A stretch of DNA of 64,000 nt from Octopus sinensis. Its lineage: Eukaryota. The notes beneath the pieces were generated by a model. The model saw only the letters and a list, made by a program, of their open reading frames with translations, was not told where the DNA came from and did not search any database. The stretch is taken from the NCBI RefSeq assembly GCF_006345805.1, contig NC_043006.1:55490001-55554000 (forward strand). The letters are read 5' to 3'. Each line of letters starts with the position of its first letter. Within the stretch, counting starts at the first letter, position 1. Positions 41,686 to 56,410 of this stretch are shown in pieces. A program made the position numbers and the translations under genes.

Positions 41686-44600
41686 CTGAATAAATAATAA
41701 CGTATCAGAATAAGTGTGTCAAAATACATTTCTATTAGAGGTGTGTGCATATAATATATACTGCTAAAAAATAAACTTATGAGTAGCAGTTAAAATTGAC
41801 GTTTAGAGTTGGGTGAATATTATTATTAATTAAGGCCATATTCTCTATGGATCTAATTATTCAGACATAACCTTTGAACTAACGCGTGGATCATGTTAAG
41901 TATATAAATACAACATAATGATAATGATATTTGGTATTTTCTAAATTCCGCTAGTTTTTTTTATGACATATTTTTAGTTGTTCTTGCTATATTGTCAAAT
42001 AATTTTTGCCATTATTAGAAACATGGCATTTCTTTTATTATCACTATGCGTTGGCCAGGTCTCAGTTTAACGCGGTGTCGTTTGTTAGTTGAATGTTTAT
42101 AATGAAGCATTGAATGTTAAGAAGGGGAAGAAAATGACATATTTTAAAACTTGATATAAACATTTTCATGTCACTATTTCCCTCTCGCTCTCGCTTTCTC
42201 TCTCACACACACTTTTCATTCCACTATTTCTCTACCTCCTTTCATCGCTACATCTTCTCTCCATTCTTGCAATTATTACCACTTCCTTGTTTTCGTTTTG
42301 TACTCTTTTCTCTGTCTTCTTTCGTCTTTTTCCTTTACTCAGTTTCCCACTTTCTCACTTCCTCTTTCTCATTTCCTGTAACTTTGAACACCTGCCATCA
42401 ACTGTTCAACTGTGATGGCAAACCCTCAGTGAGCTATGCTCGCTCTGATTTATGAAACGACTACAATACGACAAAGAAAACCTTGAAATGGTGTTATCAA
42501 TTGAAAATGACAGTTTAATACCAAACTTCGACAAAAATGCGAAAATGCTGGAAGAAATGCTAGACAAAATAATGCAAGTTACGTTACTTAGAAAAGAAAT
42601 ATATAAATGAAATCTTCGCTCATAGATTTGAATCAGCGTCGAAAAAAATCTAAATTGTTAATTCTTTCAATATTTCCAGCTCTGCTACTTCGTTACTGAA
42701 TCAAATATGTGACCATTGTGATAATTTTATTTACTGTTACTTCAGGCAAATAATAACACTTGCATCATTTCTCGTGTTGCTTCACACCTTATTTGACAGA
42801 AACCAGCTTCAAATACAGGATATTGAACCTTATTTCTTTATTTTACCGTAACCCGCACCCCAACGCATTTATGCTACTGAATACCTTTTTCCTTGACCGA
42901 CCTTTTTAATTGAATAATATAAAAGAAAATGAGATCAAATGCTATAATATCTCTAAATAATTTTCTCCGGATAGCATCAATATAATAACAATATTTCTAT
43001 CCAAGCTTTTCCCGCTTAAATGGACCTGCACTACTAATGTAATGCAGGTCTATTTAAGCAAATGAATAGTATTATACTGTTATCCAACACTTACAACCTT
43101 ATTATCTATATGCATTCATTTCAAAAGAGTAGTAGTTGAGATCTTTATACGCCTCAAAATATTTTCTCCCGAAAAATCCACTTGATGTCCTCTAATATGC
43201 TAAAATGTTTTGTTAATCGTTATTTGTGTTGTTTGCAAACGCAGAGAAGTTTATTTCTAGATGTTTTCCTCACATCTTTCATTTAATTTATTAGTGGCTA
43301 TGATTCTTTTCCTGAGTATTATTTCTGTAATATTTTCTCTCAGATCTACATCCAAAATTAGGTTTATGACCCGAAAATCCTTTAATATTTGCATTAAAAT
43401 GAAGAGAATCTATTCTCCTATATGACAGTACTAAGATATTTGCAATTAAATAAAGAAGATATGTAAATTACTTCTTTTGACCTAAAATTTAATTAAAAAC
43501 ATTTATTAATTTCCTGCTTGAAAACTCGATGCAAAAATAACAAAAATAAATCTTAATCTTATAATCCCATTTTCTTTCATCTGTCAATTATGCAGCAGAA
43601 TACTTATTTCTCGTACGCCAAATTTTAAAATGAATTTGCAGTTCAAGCTTTTGGTTCAAAATTCTAACCTCAACAAGTTCAGATGATGGCCAGTTCAAAC
43701 TTCAATTCTGCTAGCTCAATATTAATAATAAAAAAAAGTCCCTTAACTTCAGTACTTGTTTTTGCGTTAAAGCTAGTTCTCTTTAGTTACTTCCCCTGCT
43801 AGGCATAACTGGTCAGTACCCTCTTCGAGAAGGATACATTGGGTTATGATCATCATTGCAATGCTTTTGATCATTAGCGTGGTCTATCAAAGCTGACCTA
43901 CAGTTAAGAACTGTAAATTCTACAACAAAAACGGCGGCAGCAGCAACAGAAGCAACATCAGTAACAAGACCAGTACGCGGTCTACCACAGAAGCAAAAGT
44001 TCCTTCAACAAATGTTATACTTGCAGTCACTTATCCGGGAACAATTTTCCGTTAAACATTTTCAAGGAAAATTGCTACAGAAAAAATACTGAAATACGTT
44101 ATAAAGATCTAACAAAAATTGTGAAATATCTTACATCAAGATACTTACTCAATACCTGAAATAAATAGTGAAATAGCTTTAAATGATGGAAAGTTATACA
44201 TAAATTGCATAAATTGGTGGGGGTAGACCTTATTGGTAAATTTCAGATATACGTTTTGTCTGCAAGTATCCGTGTAAATACTGGAAAAGTTTGACTTCAA
44301 AAATGCTAATAAATGAAACTATAAAAATAATAGCGAATTTTAAACTAGAATTGGAAGTTATCCATTCGCCGTTAGAAGAAGTAAGCCTATGTACCTTATC
44401 TGCTTTATGTCAGGTATTACAAATCCAATAATATCATTATAACGTCACTACAATGTCTCTATGAATGTCACTATGAAGCTAATAATGTCACTATACTGTC
44501 CCTATGAAGTAAATTCGTCTTCTTCACCTATTATTCCTACGAGCGTTGTGGGGGTAGAGACTTCAAATTCTTTCTTCATAGGGTTGTATGAGAAGCAACT

Positions 44601-44689
44601 ATCATTACACTTTCCGACTGGATTCTCAAGCGTGACCAACTTAGATTAAGGATATTAATGAACCATCTCATTCTTAGTCTACCCTTAGA

Positions 44690-45060
44690 TCTCCTGGTTG
44701 GCTCAGCTTGGAGGACCTGTCTTGCGATTCTTTCCTCAGACATTCTAATCACATGTCCGTAGTATCGGAGCTGTAACTTCTAAAGGCGGAGGACTAGCAG
44801 CTCGACTTTGAGAGACTCCCTGATCTCCAAGCTACACACTCTATCAAGTAACGTTACTCCATTCGGCTCTTTATATTTGCGATCGTACCCTTTCGGTCAT
44901 TACCAAGTATTCATGACCATATCTGAAAACCGAATTGAAGATAGCAAGTTTGGCTTTTTTACCAACATCTCTTCTGAGGATCGAATGCTAGATTGGTACA
45001 TTACTGTGCTAGCATCTGCAATTCAAGCATCTAATCCGGCTTCCTGTTTTCTATCATTCG
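44690..45060 (-). mobile_element. RTE/L2-like LINE 3' coding fragment
   Basis: Minus strand LQLRYYGHVIRMSEERIARQVL. Confidence 0.6.
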
Positions 45061-45214
45061 TGAACACTAGAACTTCTGTCTGAGATACAGTGATGATTAC
45101 CAGTGCACTGGGAAAACTTCTCAAGAGGACCAAAAAAGCAAATCACACACAAAAAATACAACTTTCCGTATGAATATCCACTGCAATAAAAAATAATGAA
45201 AATAAGTTGGCTGT

Positions 45215-45713
45215 GCCTGCACGGACCCATGTGACAGACCAACAACATCAGCAATGTCATTGATTGTCCTCCAACGAGCCTCAGGCACAAGCTGATGAAT
45301 TTTCTCCACATTTCGGGGTGTGACGCTCGTGGCAAGTCTTTCAGATCGCTCGCCGTCTTTCAGATAAGTTCTTCCGCCTTTGAAGCACTCATACCACTCG
45401 CACGATCCATTGCCGCATCTTCGAAATTTTGCCGAAGTATGCTCAGTGTCTCAGTAGCAGACTTCCTAATTTTGACGCAAAATTTCACTGGCTCTTTGTT
45501 CCAACCTTCTGTCCATGGCAAAATCGCAGACTACAGCATACACGAGATCGCAAAACCATAATGTCACTCGGCATACGGTCCCATGAAGGTCACTGAGAGC
45601 TCTCACTGCGCGAGCAACCGTATGCTGCTGTCTGCGCGAGCAACCGTATGCTGCTGTCTGCGCGAGCAACCGTATGCTGCTATCTGGGAAACTTTTGATA
45701 CCACCTCGTATAT
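45215..45713 (-). mobile_element. 5' part of a mariner element
   Basis: 5' TIR TACGAGGTGGTATCAAAAGTTTCCCAG; MDRRLEQRA...EWYECFKGGRTYLKDGERS...VEKIHQLV...TINDIADVVGLSHGSVQ. Confidence 0.85.
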
Positions 45714-46218
45714 ATACATCATTGACTATTATCATAGAAACCAATTTTGCGATACTATAGAGAAGTGTATCTCCGTAGTCTGTACTGATATTGCTAGCAA
45801 ATTGCAAAATTATTATGTAATGAATTTTCTTCCATCCAACTCAGCAGATTTGTTGATCTGTTCAGATCCTATCTTCAACAAGAAAATGATGAATGGATGC
45901 GAAATCATAACTGATGAATAATCTACGAATTCTCAGTTTGGCATTCCAGTGGAAGATAAAATTATTTCTGATCTTGGATAATTTTTATCGTTCAGAATGA
46001 AATAAGTTTTAGCTGATACATATTGTTGAGAAGTTTCAGTAACTTTCTAATCTCATTAGGGAATGAGCGATATAGACCACAAGTTGGGAGAAGACAAAAA
46101 TAATTTACAGAAACTGCTTAATAATTTCCTAGGCAAATTTACTGATTTACAGAAGCAGAAATCCTGCTTCGTCTTCCCTATAAATCCATTTATGTTTACC
46201 CATTTATCCGAGTTTGTG

Positions 46219-46470
46219 GAAGCGCGTGGCTTGGTGATTAGGGCATTGGACTCCTGATCGTAAGACAGTGGTTTCGATTCCTGGACCGGGTGACTCTTTG
46301 TGTTCTTGGGCAAAACACTTCATTTCACGTTGCTCTAGTCTAGTCAGCTGGCAACATGAGTAATCCTTCGATGGAACGGTATCCCATCTAGGTGGAGAAT
46401 TTATACGCCATAGAAACTGCGAAACCGGCCCTTATGAGTCAGCATGACTGGAAAAGGTAACGTTAAAAAA
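46219..46470 (+). mobile_element. tRNA/CORE-like SINE (family B)
   Basis: GCGCGTGGCTTGGTGATTAGGGC...GGTTTCGATTCC, then core CACTTCATTTCACGTTGCTC. Confidence 0.85.
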
Positions 46471-47575
46471 AAAATTATTTCTCCGAGCTTCTGGTTTCAG
46501 ATATTCAACTGAAGACCCACAAATCGTAGACCCTAACAGAGGTCTAGAAACAAATTCCAGAAATAAGGTATTTTCACTGGTGTACGACTCGTCTTAACAT
46601 TCAGCACAATGTATTGTTGTACATCACTGCGCTATGTACTGAAGTTCGTTAAGGCAAAGCCTCTTGAAATCCTTACGAATAAATACCTGACTGAATAAAT
46701 TCAAACGGACATGACAATACATCTGCCTGATTTTCCACGATTCCCAACCAAGATGGAGACCCAAAAACTTGAAGTCCATTGTGCCCTAGTGGTATTCGAT
46801 TAAGATATCTTTAATTATATGCGGTTGCTTCCTTTTTCCACATTTCCATTGACTTTTGACAAGCTATAAGAGAACTAAATATCAGTAAATGTAAGTGCCA
46901 GTATACTATGTGGTTAAGAAGCTTGCTACGTGGTCTTAGGTCGAGTCCCGCGGCGTTTCCTATTATGGAGAGGATATACAATCGACAAACAACAGCCAGT
47001 AAACAATCAATTATATCTATTCATTAATTGATTACTGGCTAATGTTTACTGGCTGATGTTTGTCGATTGCCTACCTTCTCCATTTTCTTTTTTGCCTTAT
47101 AAATACTGGGTAAATTTCCAATTTACCCCCACCCATACCTTGCATTCAATTGCGGTATTGCCATGCAATAGTAAGCACTTGGTTAAAATACGTAGGTACA
47201 CATCCAGTAGTGTATTGGATATTTAATATCCTTTAGATGGTTTTTTAACCGCTAACTCATACAGACATATATATATATATAAAGTATGATAGCCATCTCA
47301 ATATGGCTAACCACAAAGGGTAGGTGTTACTGTAGCTTTTAGCCCTAGGAGATCATCGTCTCCAGCTGGCTTTAAGCACACTATCTGTGCCCTTATGGAA
47401 TTTGCAAAGGGAGGTCATCCCTCTCTCGTAAGCCTAAGTGATACGCACGGACCGCAGTTTCGAGGTAGTTGCCTCTTGTCAACGGGCGGTAATCACCGGT
47501 TTACGATGAAAAGGAAGACCTGTATGCAAATACTTAAGTGTTTTTCTAGTAACTTCCGCCACTGATTTCGAAAAA

Positions 47576-47621
<46 letters not shown>

Positions 47622-48647
47622 TATTTATATATATATGTATATATATGTGTGTAGGTGTGTGCCTGTGTATCTATGTTTGCATTGCGTTTGTCCTCCCTCA
47701 TCGCTTGACAACTGGTGTTTGTTTGTTTGCATCTTCCTAACAAGGCGGTTCAGCAAAAGAGAACCGATAGAAAATAGTACTATGTTTGAAAGTATAAGTA
47801 GTGGGAGTCGACTTATTCGACTAAACTGTTCAAAGCGGAGACTGAAACAGATAAAAAATAAAAGATATACCGCATAGCTCCCTTAGATGAGCCACATAGC
47901 CCATTATCGTATTAGAAATGCTGAACACTCTATCAGTAAAGAATTTAAAATCATTTGGCATTGTATGAGCATTTTGTAATCACTGAAACTAACAAACATA
48001 AGTATAGAAGAATAAACATAACATTTCTAAGATACACATATGTAACAGCAGAAAATGTGTGTGTGTAAATTTTGTGAATATTTTAAATAACTCTTAAATA
48101 TCTAAAGTTTACTGCATTCGGGCATTCAATAAGTTTGTCGCTCTTGTAGAAATCGTACATATCTTCATAAGATGTATCTTTATCAAATAAATTTACAACT
48201 ACTTGTATCGTTTTACTTTTAGTCGACTTTATATAAATTCAGAGAAAGTTTCTCTTCATATTTTTTACAAGTATGTATACAAACATATAAACACATATTT
48301 ATACAAATATAATTGACATTAACAGTAACACTAAGAAAACGAATATATTGATTTCTGTTTCTATTATTACATTTTTGATTCGTTGTTAATTTTAACATAT
48401 CTCATACATTTACGTTCTATATTTGTTTCATTGAGAGGCATCTTGTAGAAATAATGATATTAATGTTTTCTATTAATATGTAAAATTTAGTGGTTAGTTA
48501 ACCAGAAGGGATATTGAATTAAAGTAGTTTTTGAAGTAGTTACATCAGAATTCAGCAATCATTAAAAATTACATAAATATAGGACGTCTATTTCCTCTCG
48601 AATATATTATATTTAATAGTAATTGTGTGTGTGTGTGTATGTGTACA

Positions 48648-48694
<47 letters not shown>

Positions 48695-49199
48695 GAATGT
48701 CTGTATGTATGCATTAATGTGGGTTATTTTATGTATAATCATTCATAAATAGTCGAGCATCAACTTAAATATCTCTTAATAGTTTTAACTATAGTGTCAA
48801 ATCCATTTTGATATTGAATTTGTTTTCTAGAGACTTAAGTTTCAGGCCAATAGTGATTGTTAGTCGTGAAACATGAGTTATAAGAAAGAAATTCTGTATA
48901 TTCTACAACTGTTTTCGAGTACTTTGTTCCTCATTCATACACAAAAAGATAACATCAGTTCGCGTAGGAGAACTAATCACTTTCAGCTTTTCCCTTATCT
49001 CTTGATATCTGCATATCCCAGATAATCACTGAATTTGTATTTTACATCACAGTTTCTTTGAAATATTAATACTGTAAAAGGATCGGATACAGAGATTAGT
49101 ATAGGAAAAACGTAAGTGGACGCACTGTAGATTCCGAGAAGTGGGGAAACGAATGAGACGGGGGTGGGGGCTGAGTGATGTACCAGACGAACCAAATTC

Positions 49200-49900
49200 G
49201 GGAACCATTATAGTAGCAATAGAAAATATAGAGAGGAGATAGACGAGAGTGTGTTAACTAGTAATTGGAAGCCAGTCAGCCGAGTGGGGTTTCTCTGGAT
49301 ATGATTAGTATGTTTATGTACGTAGTAGCAGTAGCGCCGTCCCAGATGCAGGAGCAATACTCGATCAAAGGATTGGCTTTTGGGATGTGATCCTAACTAT
49401 GTTGGGGATATGCTTCTACCAGGAGAGATTCTCGAGGATTATGTGGCCCAACTTCGGGAGTGATTGTGACATCTCTATGACGTTCATGTTTAGAAGGGGT
49501 GAGATATTGTAGATTTTCGTTCTGATATGAGTCGAACTTGAGTTCATTTGTTGTTAAATGTGACAAGGTTGGAATGGCTGCAGTGGAGAATGCTCTCAAG
49601 GTTTCCATCGAAAACTTTAGCATGTGGTGCTAAGCTGTTTGTAGACAGTACGCAGTTTGGAAACATTGGGAAGGAATGAAGGGACATAACATCGGTATAT
49701 GAATGGGCTATGTTGGATGTGGCGGCAGGTAGGTTATTAATGTCTAGGAGAAAAAAAGTAAAGAGCAGAACCGAACCCTGGGTAATACCTAAGTTGATTG
49801 AGAGTAAGGCAGAAAAATCATTGTTAGCACATACTGCAGGCCACTCATATGTTCAGATGTTTTCTGACTCGCACAGTATGGAACATTCAGCTAGTATGTG
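49200..49900 (-). mobile_element. L2/CR1-like LINE RT fragment
   Basis: Minus strand GITQGSVLLFTFFLLDINNLP, matching PQGSVL.P.LF..YINDLP. Confidence 0.65.
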
Positions 49901-50996
49901 ACGGACAGTTGAATCTAAACAACCATATTTTACTCATTGATATTGCGATTTGGTATATACGTACTGCCAACTAGTAATAATCCACATACATTCCATAAAA
50001 AGATTGGAGAATATTTTGTCATGACTCTATGGAATTCTTGCGGATAACATTTTGCAGCTACTCACATGAACTATGACACATTTCCATTATTTTTCCTGCA
50101 GTCAGCATTTAACAGTATCTCATATAAGGTTGATATCTCCTCAAACAGTTTGTCATTAAAGTCACTGTCTTGTGAAGTTTCCACCAGGTTTCCATACGGC
50201 TATAAACGAGGAAGCTTCTCGAACCAACGATAGAACCTCTACATTGTTAATTTTCTTGCTAGAAATATCAATAACATCTCCATGAAAGGCCCTCTTATAG
50301 TCTAAAATAGAAGGCGATATTGGCTAATGCTGTACACATTGGATAATTTAGTGCATAACAAATATACAATGTGCTTGGTTAATAGCCGAATCAAGTCTGC
50401 CTAAAGTTAACCAACAGCAGCAGCAACATGACGGTAACAACAGCGTCGAAAAGAGAAGTGACACCATCACCACCACCACCACTACCGCCACCAATACGAA
50501 GAACAATAACAACGACGACGACAACGAAAACAGCAACTGTGGCTTGAACTCTTGAATAAATAAATAGCCTTCTCAAACCTACTTGTGTTTTACGGAATTG
50601 TCTATGAATTGGTTTCTTTCTTTCTGTACAATTTATCATAATTGTCATCCAGCTTTATGCTCTGTACTTAGTATTTCAGTTATACAAACCGTTCCATACT
50701 GCCATAGTGTTTTATCGTTCCATGCTGCCAGAGTGTTTTCCTGAAATTATAAAGACAAACAATAGTTGTATTGCAAATGAAATTAAGAGTTACGCTTTCT
50801 TTACCATTCTCCTTACACTTATGTTGGACCTTTACATCCTTGATTTCCGCCAGTACACATAGTAGCTCAGATAGATTTAATCTCTTCAAGTGTTTGTACA
50901 CATATGCACATACATACGCATAGACTCATGTACATATATACGCACATACATATATAAGAAATAGCCAAAGCTAGCCATAAAATCTAAATTCAACCA

Positions 50997-51095
50997 ATGT
51001 ATGTATGTATGTATGTATGTATGTATGTATGTATGTATGTATGTATGCATGCATGCATGCATGTATGTATGTATGTATGTATGTATGTATGTATG

Positions 51096-51147
<52 letters not shown>

Positions 51148-51305
51148 CATTTATCTATCTATCCATGTATGTATGTATGTATGTATGTATGTATGTATGT
51201 ATGTATGTATGTATGTGTGTATGTATGTATGTATGTATGCATGTATCTATGTATCTATCTATCTATGTATCTATCCATCTATCTATGTATCTATCTATCT
51301 ATGTA
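50997..51305. repeat. Compound (ATGT)n/(ATCT)n microsatellite
   Basis: Directly visible. Confidence 0.95.
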
Positions 51306-52292
51306 TTTTTAAAATTCTTTTATTCGTTTGTTTGTTTTAGTCATTAGACTGCGGCCATTCTGGGGCACCACCTTGAACAGTTTAATCGAATGTATCAACC
51401 CTGGTACTTTTAAGACTGCTACTTATTTTATTGGTATCTTTGCCGAACCGCTAGTTACACACACCACACTCAAATACACACACATACACACACACGACAT
51501 ACTTCTTTCAGTCTCTTTCTACCAGATCTACTCGCAAGGCTATAGTAGAAGACACTTGTCCAAGTTGTCATAATGAAATCAAGTGTGTTGTACCGCAGCT
51601 CACTCTCACCATCCAGTCTACGTTGCCCGCATAGGTACAAGGTGTACCAAACCTCAGGTGTCGAAGTGATTGAAGAGCAGCATGAGATTAAGTATTTTGC
51701 TCAAGAACACAACGGCCCATCCGGTCCAGGTATTGAAACCACGATTGTGAATGCAGACACTCACTACCGATATATTTAATATTTTCATTTTATTCGAGTC
51801 AACCGCTTGCTTTCCTGAAGTCTAGGCAAGTAAAGACACAATTTCCCCAATGACTTTATAAACGCACAGGCGAAACTCAAGAGTAGCGAGTCTGAGTTGA
51901 CCAAAATAAGAATAATACTATTGTCTCTTATGGTACTGAGTGCTCTTTCTTCAGTCAATACACACACATACAAACGTACACACAAACGCGCGCACACACC
52001 CACGCGCGCACACACCCACGCACCTACGCCCGCACACACACACACACACACACACACTTACATACACACACACACATGTATACAATCGTGGCTATAAGTT
52101 GAGAACGTAGGTCTGAAAATTCAAGTTTTTATATTAATACATAAGAATACATACGCTGTATATATTTGAATCGAATTGTACATGGGCATAACAATTTTAA
52201 TAAAAAAAAAAATCTTCTCGTCAGGAATGTACATGAATGTAAATTTGCATATATGTAGACACACACACACACACACATACACACACACACAC

Positions 52293-53480
<1,188 letters not shown>

Positions 53481-53895
53481 CGAAGCCACAATCACAGTAT
53501 GCCTTTTCATTTCATTAATAAGCAAAGAGCTTGTCATTGTTATTTTCTGAAATAGAAGTTCAATAAAAATTTGTCAAATACAATAATGACTTAAAATGCA
53601 TGTGCGCTTGCACGTCTATGTATAAGAATGTGTATTCGTTAGTTACACATTATTTCTTATACGCTATGTTACAATAATTTGTCTAGGATTTAAGGCTAAT
53701 TATAGCAGACCTATTCCAGACCTTGTTATGAATTTACCCACTTTATTGGTAAGGCGGTAGATTATCAGAATCGTTAGGTTAGTATGTTGGTCAAAATATT
53801 AGATTGTAATTGAACTGACAGTTTACGTTTTGTGTTTAACTCATGTCGACGTCAATTTCGATTTTCGTCCTCCTGATGGCGAAAATATTCAACAT

Positions 53896-54008
53896 CATTT
53901 ACTTTATTTACAATTGACGGATATTTGACCTCATCTTCTTTGTTGTTAACATAACGTTTCGGTTGATATACCCGCCAAATTTCATTTGGTGTCTTGGGGA
54001 AATTTTGA

Positions 54009-54082
<74 letters not shown>

Positions 54083-54153
54083 TCACTGCCTAGAACCGAA
54101 CTCGGAACCTTGGGGTTAGCAGCCCGCGTTCTCAACCACTATGCCACGGCATA
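53896..54153 (-). mobile_element. tRNA-headed SINE with (AAT)n and degenerate hammerhead tail (left, inverted copy)
   Basis: Reverse complement of 54154-54445; hammerhead core mutated to CAAATGA. Confidence 0.8.
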
Positions 54154-54233
54154 TGGCATAGTGGTTAAGAGCGTGGGCTACTAACCCCAAGATTCCGAGT
54201 TCGGTTCTAGGCAGTGATCTGAATAAAAATAAA

Positions 54234-54295
<62 letters not shown>

Positions 54296-54445
54296 CATAG
54301 AAAAATACCTTAGGAATGAGAACCCAGGTTAGAAATTTCCCCAAGACACCTGATGAGGACTGGAGGGTATAACAGCCGAAACGTTGTGTTAACAACAAAC
54401 AAGATGAGGACAAATATCCGTCAATTGTAAATAATGTAAATAATG
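54154..54445 (+). mobile_element. tRNA-headed SINE with (AAT)n and hammerhead-containing tail
   Basis: A box TGGCATAGTGG, B-box-like GAGTTCGGTTCT, (AAT)n, then ...CCCCAAGACACCTGATGAGGACTGG...CAGCCGAAACGTTGTGTT. Confidence 0.8.
54345..54390 (+). ncRNA. Minimal type I hammerhead ribozyme motif with intact core
   Basis: Helix I GACAC/GTGTT (5 bp, one G-U); CTGATGA; helix II GG(A)CTG/CAGCC; GAAA; palindromic ACGT helix III; GUU triplet (position 17 = 54385). Confidence 0.7.
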
Positions 54446-54599
54446 AACATAATTCCTCATCTCTTAAATATAGAACTGAAAATATTCAAGTCAAGAACTG
54501 CGGTCGGATTAAACGACCAGTACTAGTGTGACTTAAGTTTCTTTATGTAAGTCATTGTATATGAGTATTCTCACCAACTCTTATTGGGGCAGAAGAAAG

Positions 54600-55670
54600 C
54601 ATAAGCCCTATCAGTCTGTCGATTTGGGCAACTTCCACACGAATAGTTTCCTTCAAATCGTCCAGTGAACGGGGCTTATGCGCATACACAGGTGCATTGA
54701 GGCTTCCCCACAAGAAATAATCACACATGGACAAATCAGGGGACCGAGGAGGCCAAGGAATGTCAGCAAACCTGGAGAATGTCAGCACCGAAGGGAGGGC
54801 GAAGGACGTCTATTGATGCTCTGGCTGTGAGGGCCGTCACCCCAACCTGCTGAAACAACACACGTCGAATAGGCATACGTTTTCGTCGTAATTCAGGTAC
54901 AAAGAAATTGCTTGTCTTCTCGATGGAACGCTCGGAGTTCACAGTAACAGCATTTCCATTATTGTCTTTAAAAAATGATGTCTTCCGTATAGTTCTCTTG
55001 GATTTTCAAGAGCCCAATAACAACAGTTCTGCTGATTCACCATGCCATTGAGACAAAATTGAGCTTCGTCACTCATTAACAAAATGAGGTTGTCATTTGT
55101 CTCAAAAATTGCTTCCATCTGACGTGCAAAGTTAACCCGCTGTGCATAGTCCCATAGTTTCAACTGTTGCCCAACGACCAATTTGTACGGGTGGGAATGC
55201 CGGTCTTTATGTAAAAAAATACCGATCGATTACCGATGCGAAGTTCAATGGAATGTCTCGGAACATTCGGACTCCGTATCAAAGCTTGTCTGACGCGTTC
55301 TAAATTTTCCGATATCCTTACCGTTCGTGGCGCCCCCACCAGTCTCCTATTCATTAGTGTACCTCATGTACGAAGAGCATTCACTCAACATAAGATTGTA
55401 TTACGGGTGGGAACAGCCGGATTTCGGTGAATGTCGAAGTGGTGCTGAAACTCACGCTGAACTTCTTTGACAGGCTCGTTATTCTTCACGTAACTGTCGT
55501 AGGCACACACGAGATGCTCTATCGTCCACAAGGCCATGGCTTTACTAGAAAAGAAACAAAATAGACTAAGACACCACGGACTGAATAGTACCTGTCGGAC
55601 ATATGTCCCTCCCTCTGGGGCTAAGTAATAGCAATTTCAAAAGCGTCCGTTCTCTCTGCTCCACCCTGTA
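54600..55670 (-). mobile_element. Tc1-mariner (rosa/DD41D-like), decayed
   Basis: 5' TIR TACAGGGTGGAGCAG; LMSDEAQFCLNGMVNQQNCCYWALENP; WPPRSPDLSMCDYFLWG. Confidence 0.85.
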
Positions 55671-55789
55671 TTAATCAACAAAATTTGTATTTTATTCAAC
55701 ATTATACAATAAGTGTTCAATAATCATTTTTTCTTTTTCTAATGACATTTTTGTTTTAGAAATATAATATGTTTGTTTAGAGTGACATT

Positions 55790-56410
55790 ATCGAACACAT
55801 TCATAAAACAGAAATCTGATACAGAAGATTTTACGCCCCGCCCTAGCTAAGAACAAGGATGGAACTAAGTAATATGATGCTTCCAAACACATGCAGTGGC
55901 AATCATGTTGAGCTAAAAGAAAAGTGTATTGTATGTAACGTTGAAATATCAAATAGAAATTTAATACCATAAAATAATTGGAGAAACGTCTTTTGAATAA
56001 TCATTTAAAAAATGGAAGGGAAGCCAGCGTATTTTTTTCAAAAATAAGGCAATTGCTATTCAAACTAAAGAAGAACATGTTACATCTCTTCATCTTGCTT
56101 AAAGGCATTCTATATTGTGTCAGAAATTGCAAAGCAGATAAAACTCGTGAAACTTTGATTCAGGAAGCTATTGCACAACTGCTACATAACAGTGTTACAC
56201 AATGCACCGTTGTGTATTGAAGAGAATATTGTATTAAATTTGAAATCAATAGCAATTTCCAATGACATAGTAAAGCATAAAACTGACGAAATGTCAAATG
56301 ATTCGATCAGTGAATTTGTTAGATTACAGAACTCAAGCATGCTTGTGATGTAGTTAGATGAAAACACCTATGTTGCAAATCAAGGGCAAGTTTTATGCTT
56401 TATTCTATTT
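55790..56410 (+). pseudogene. hAT (Charlie/Buster-like) transposase N-terminal remnant
   Basis: LEASYYL...ETLIQEA...LKSIAISNDIVKHKTDEMSND...LDENTYVANQGQVLCFI matches ...ETLIKPA...LSNDTV.RRI.EMS.D...QLDESTDV...QLL.F. Confidence 0.65.

Noticed and set aside
50400-50552. QQQQQH...TTTT...NNNNDDD coding-like stretch
   Set aside because: Short mixed trinucleotide low-complexity tract with no splice or ATG support.
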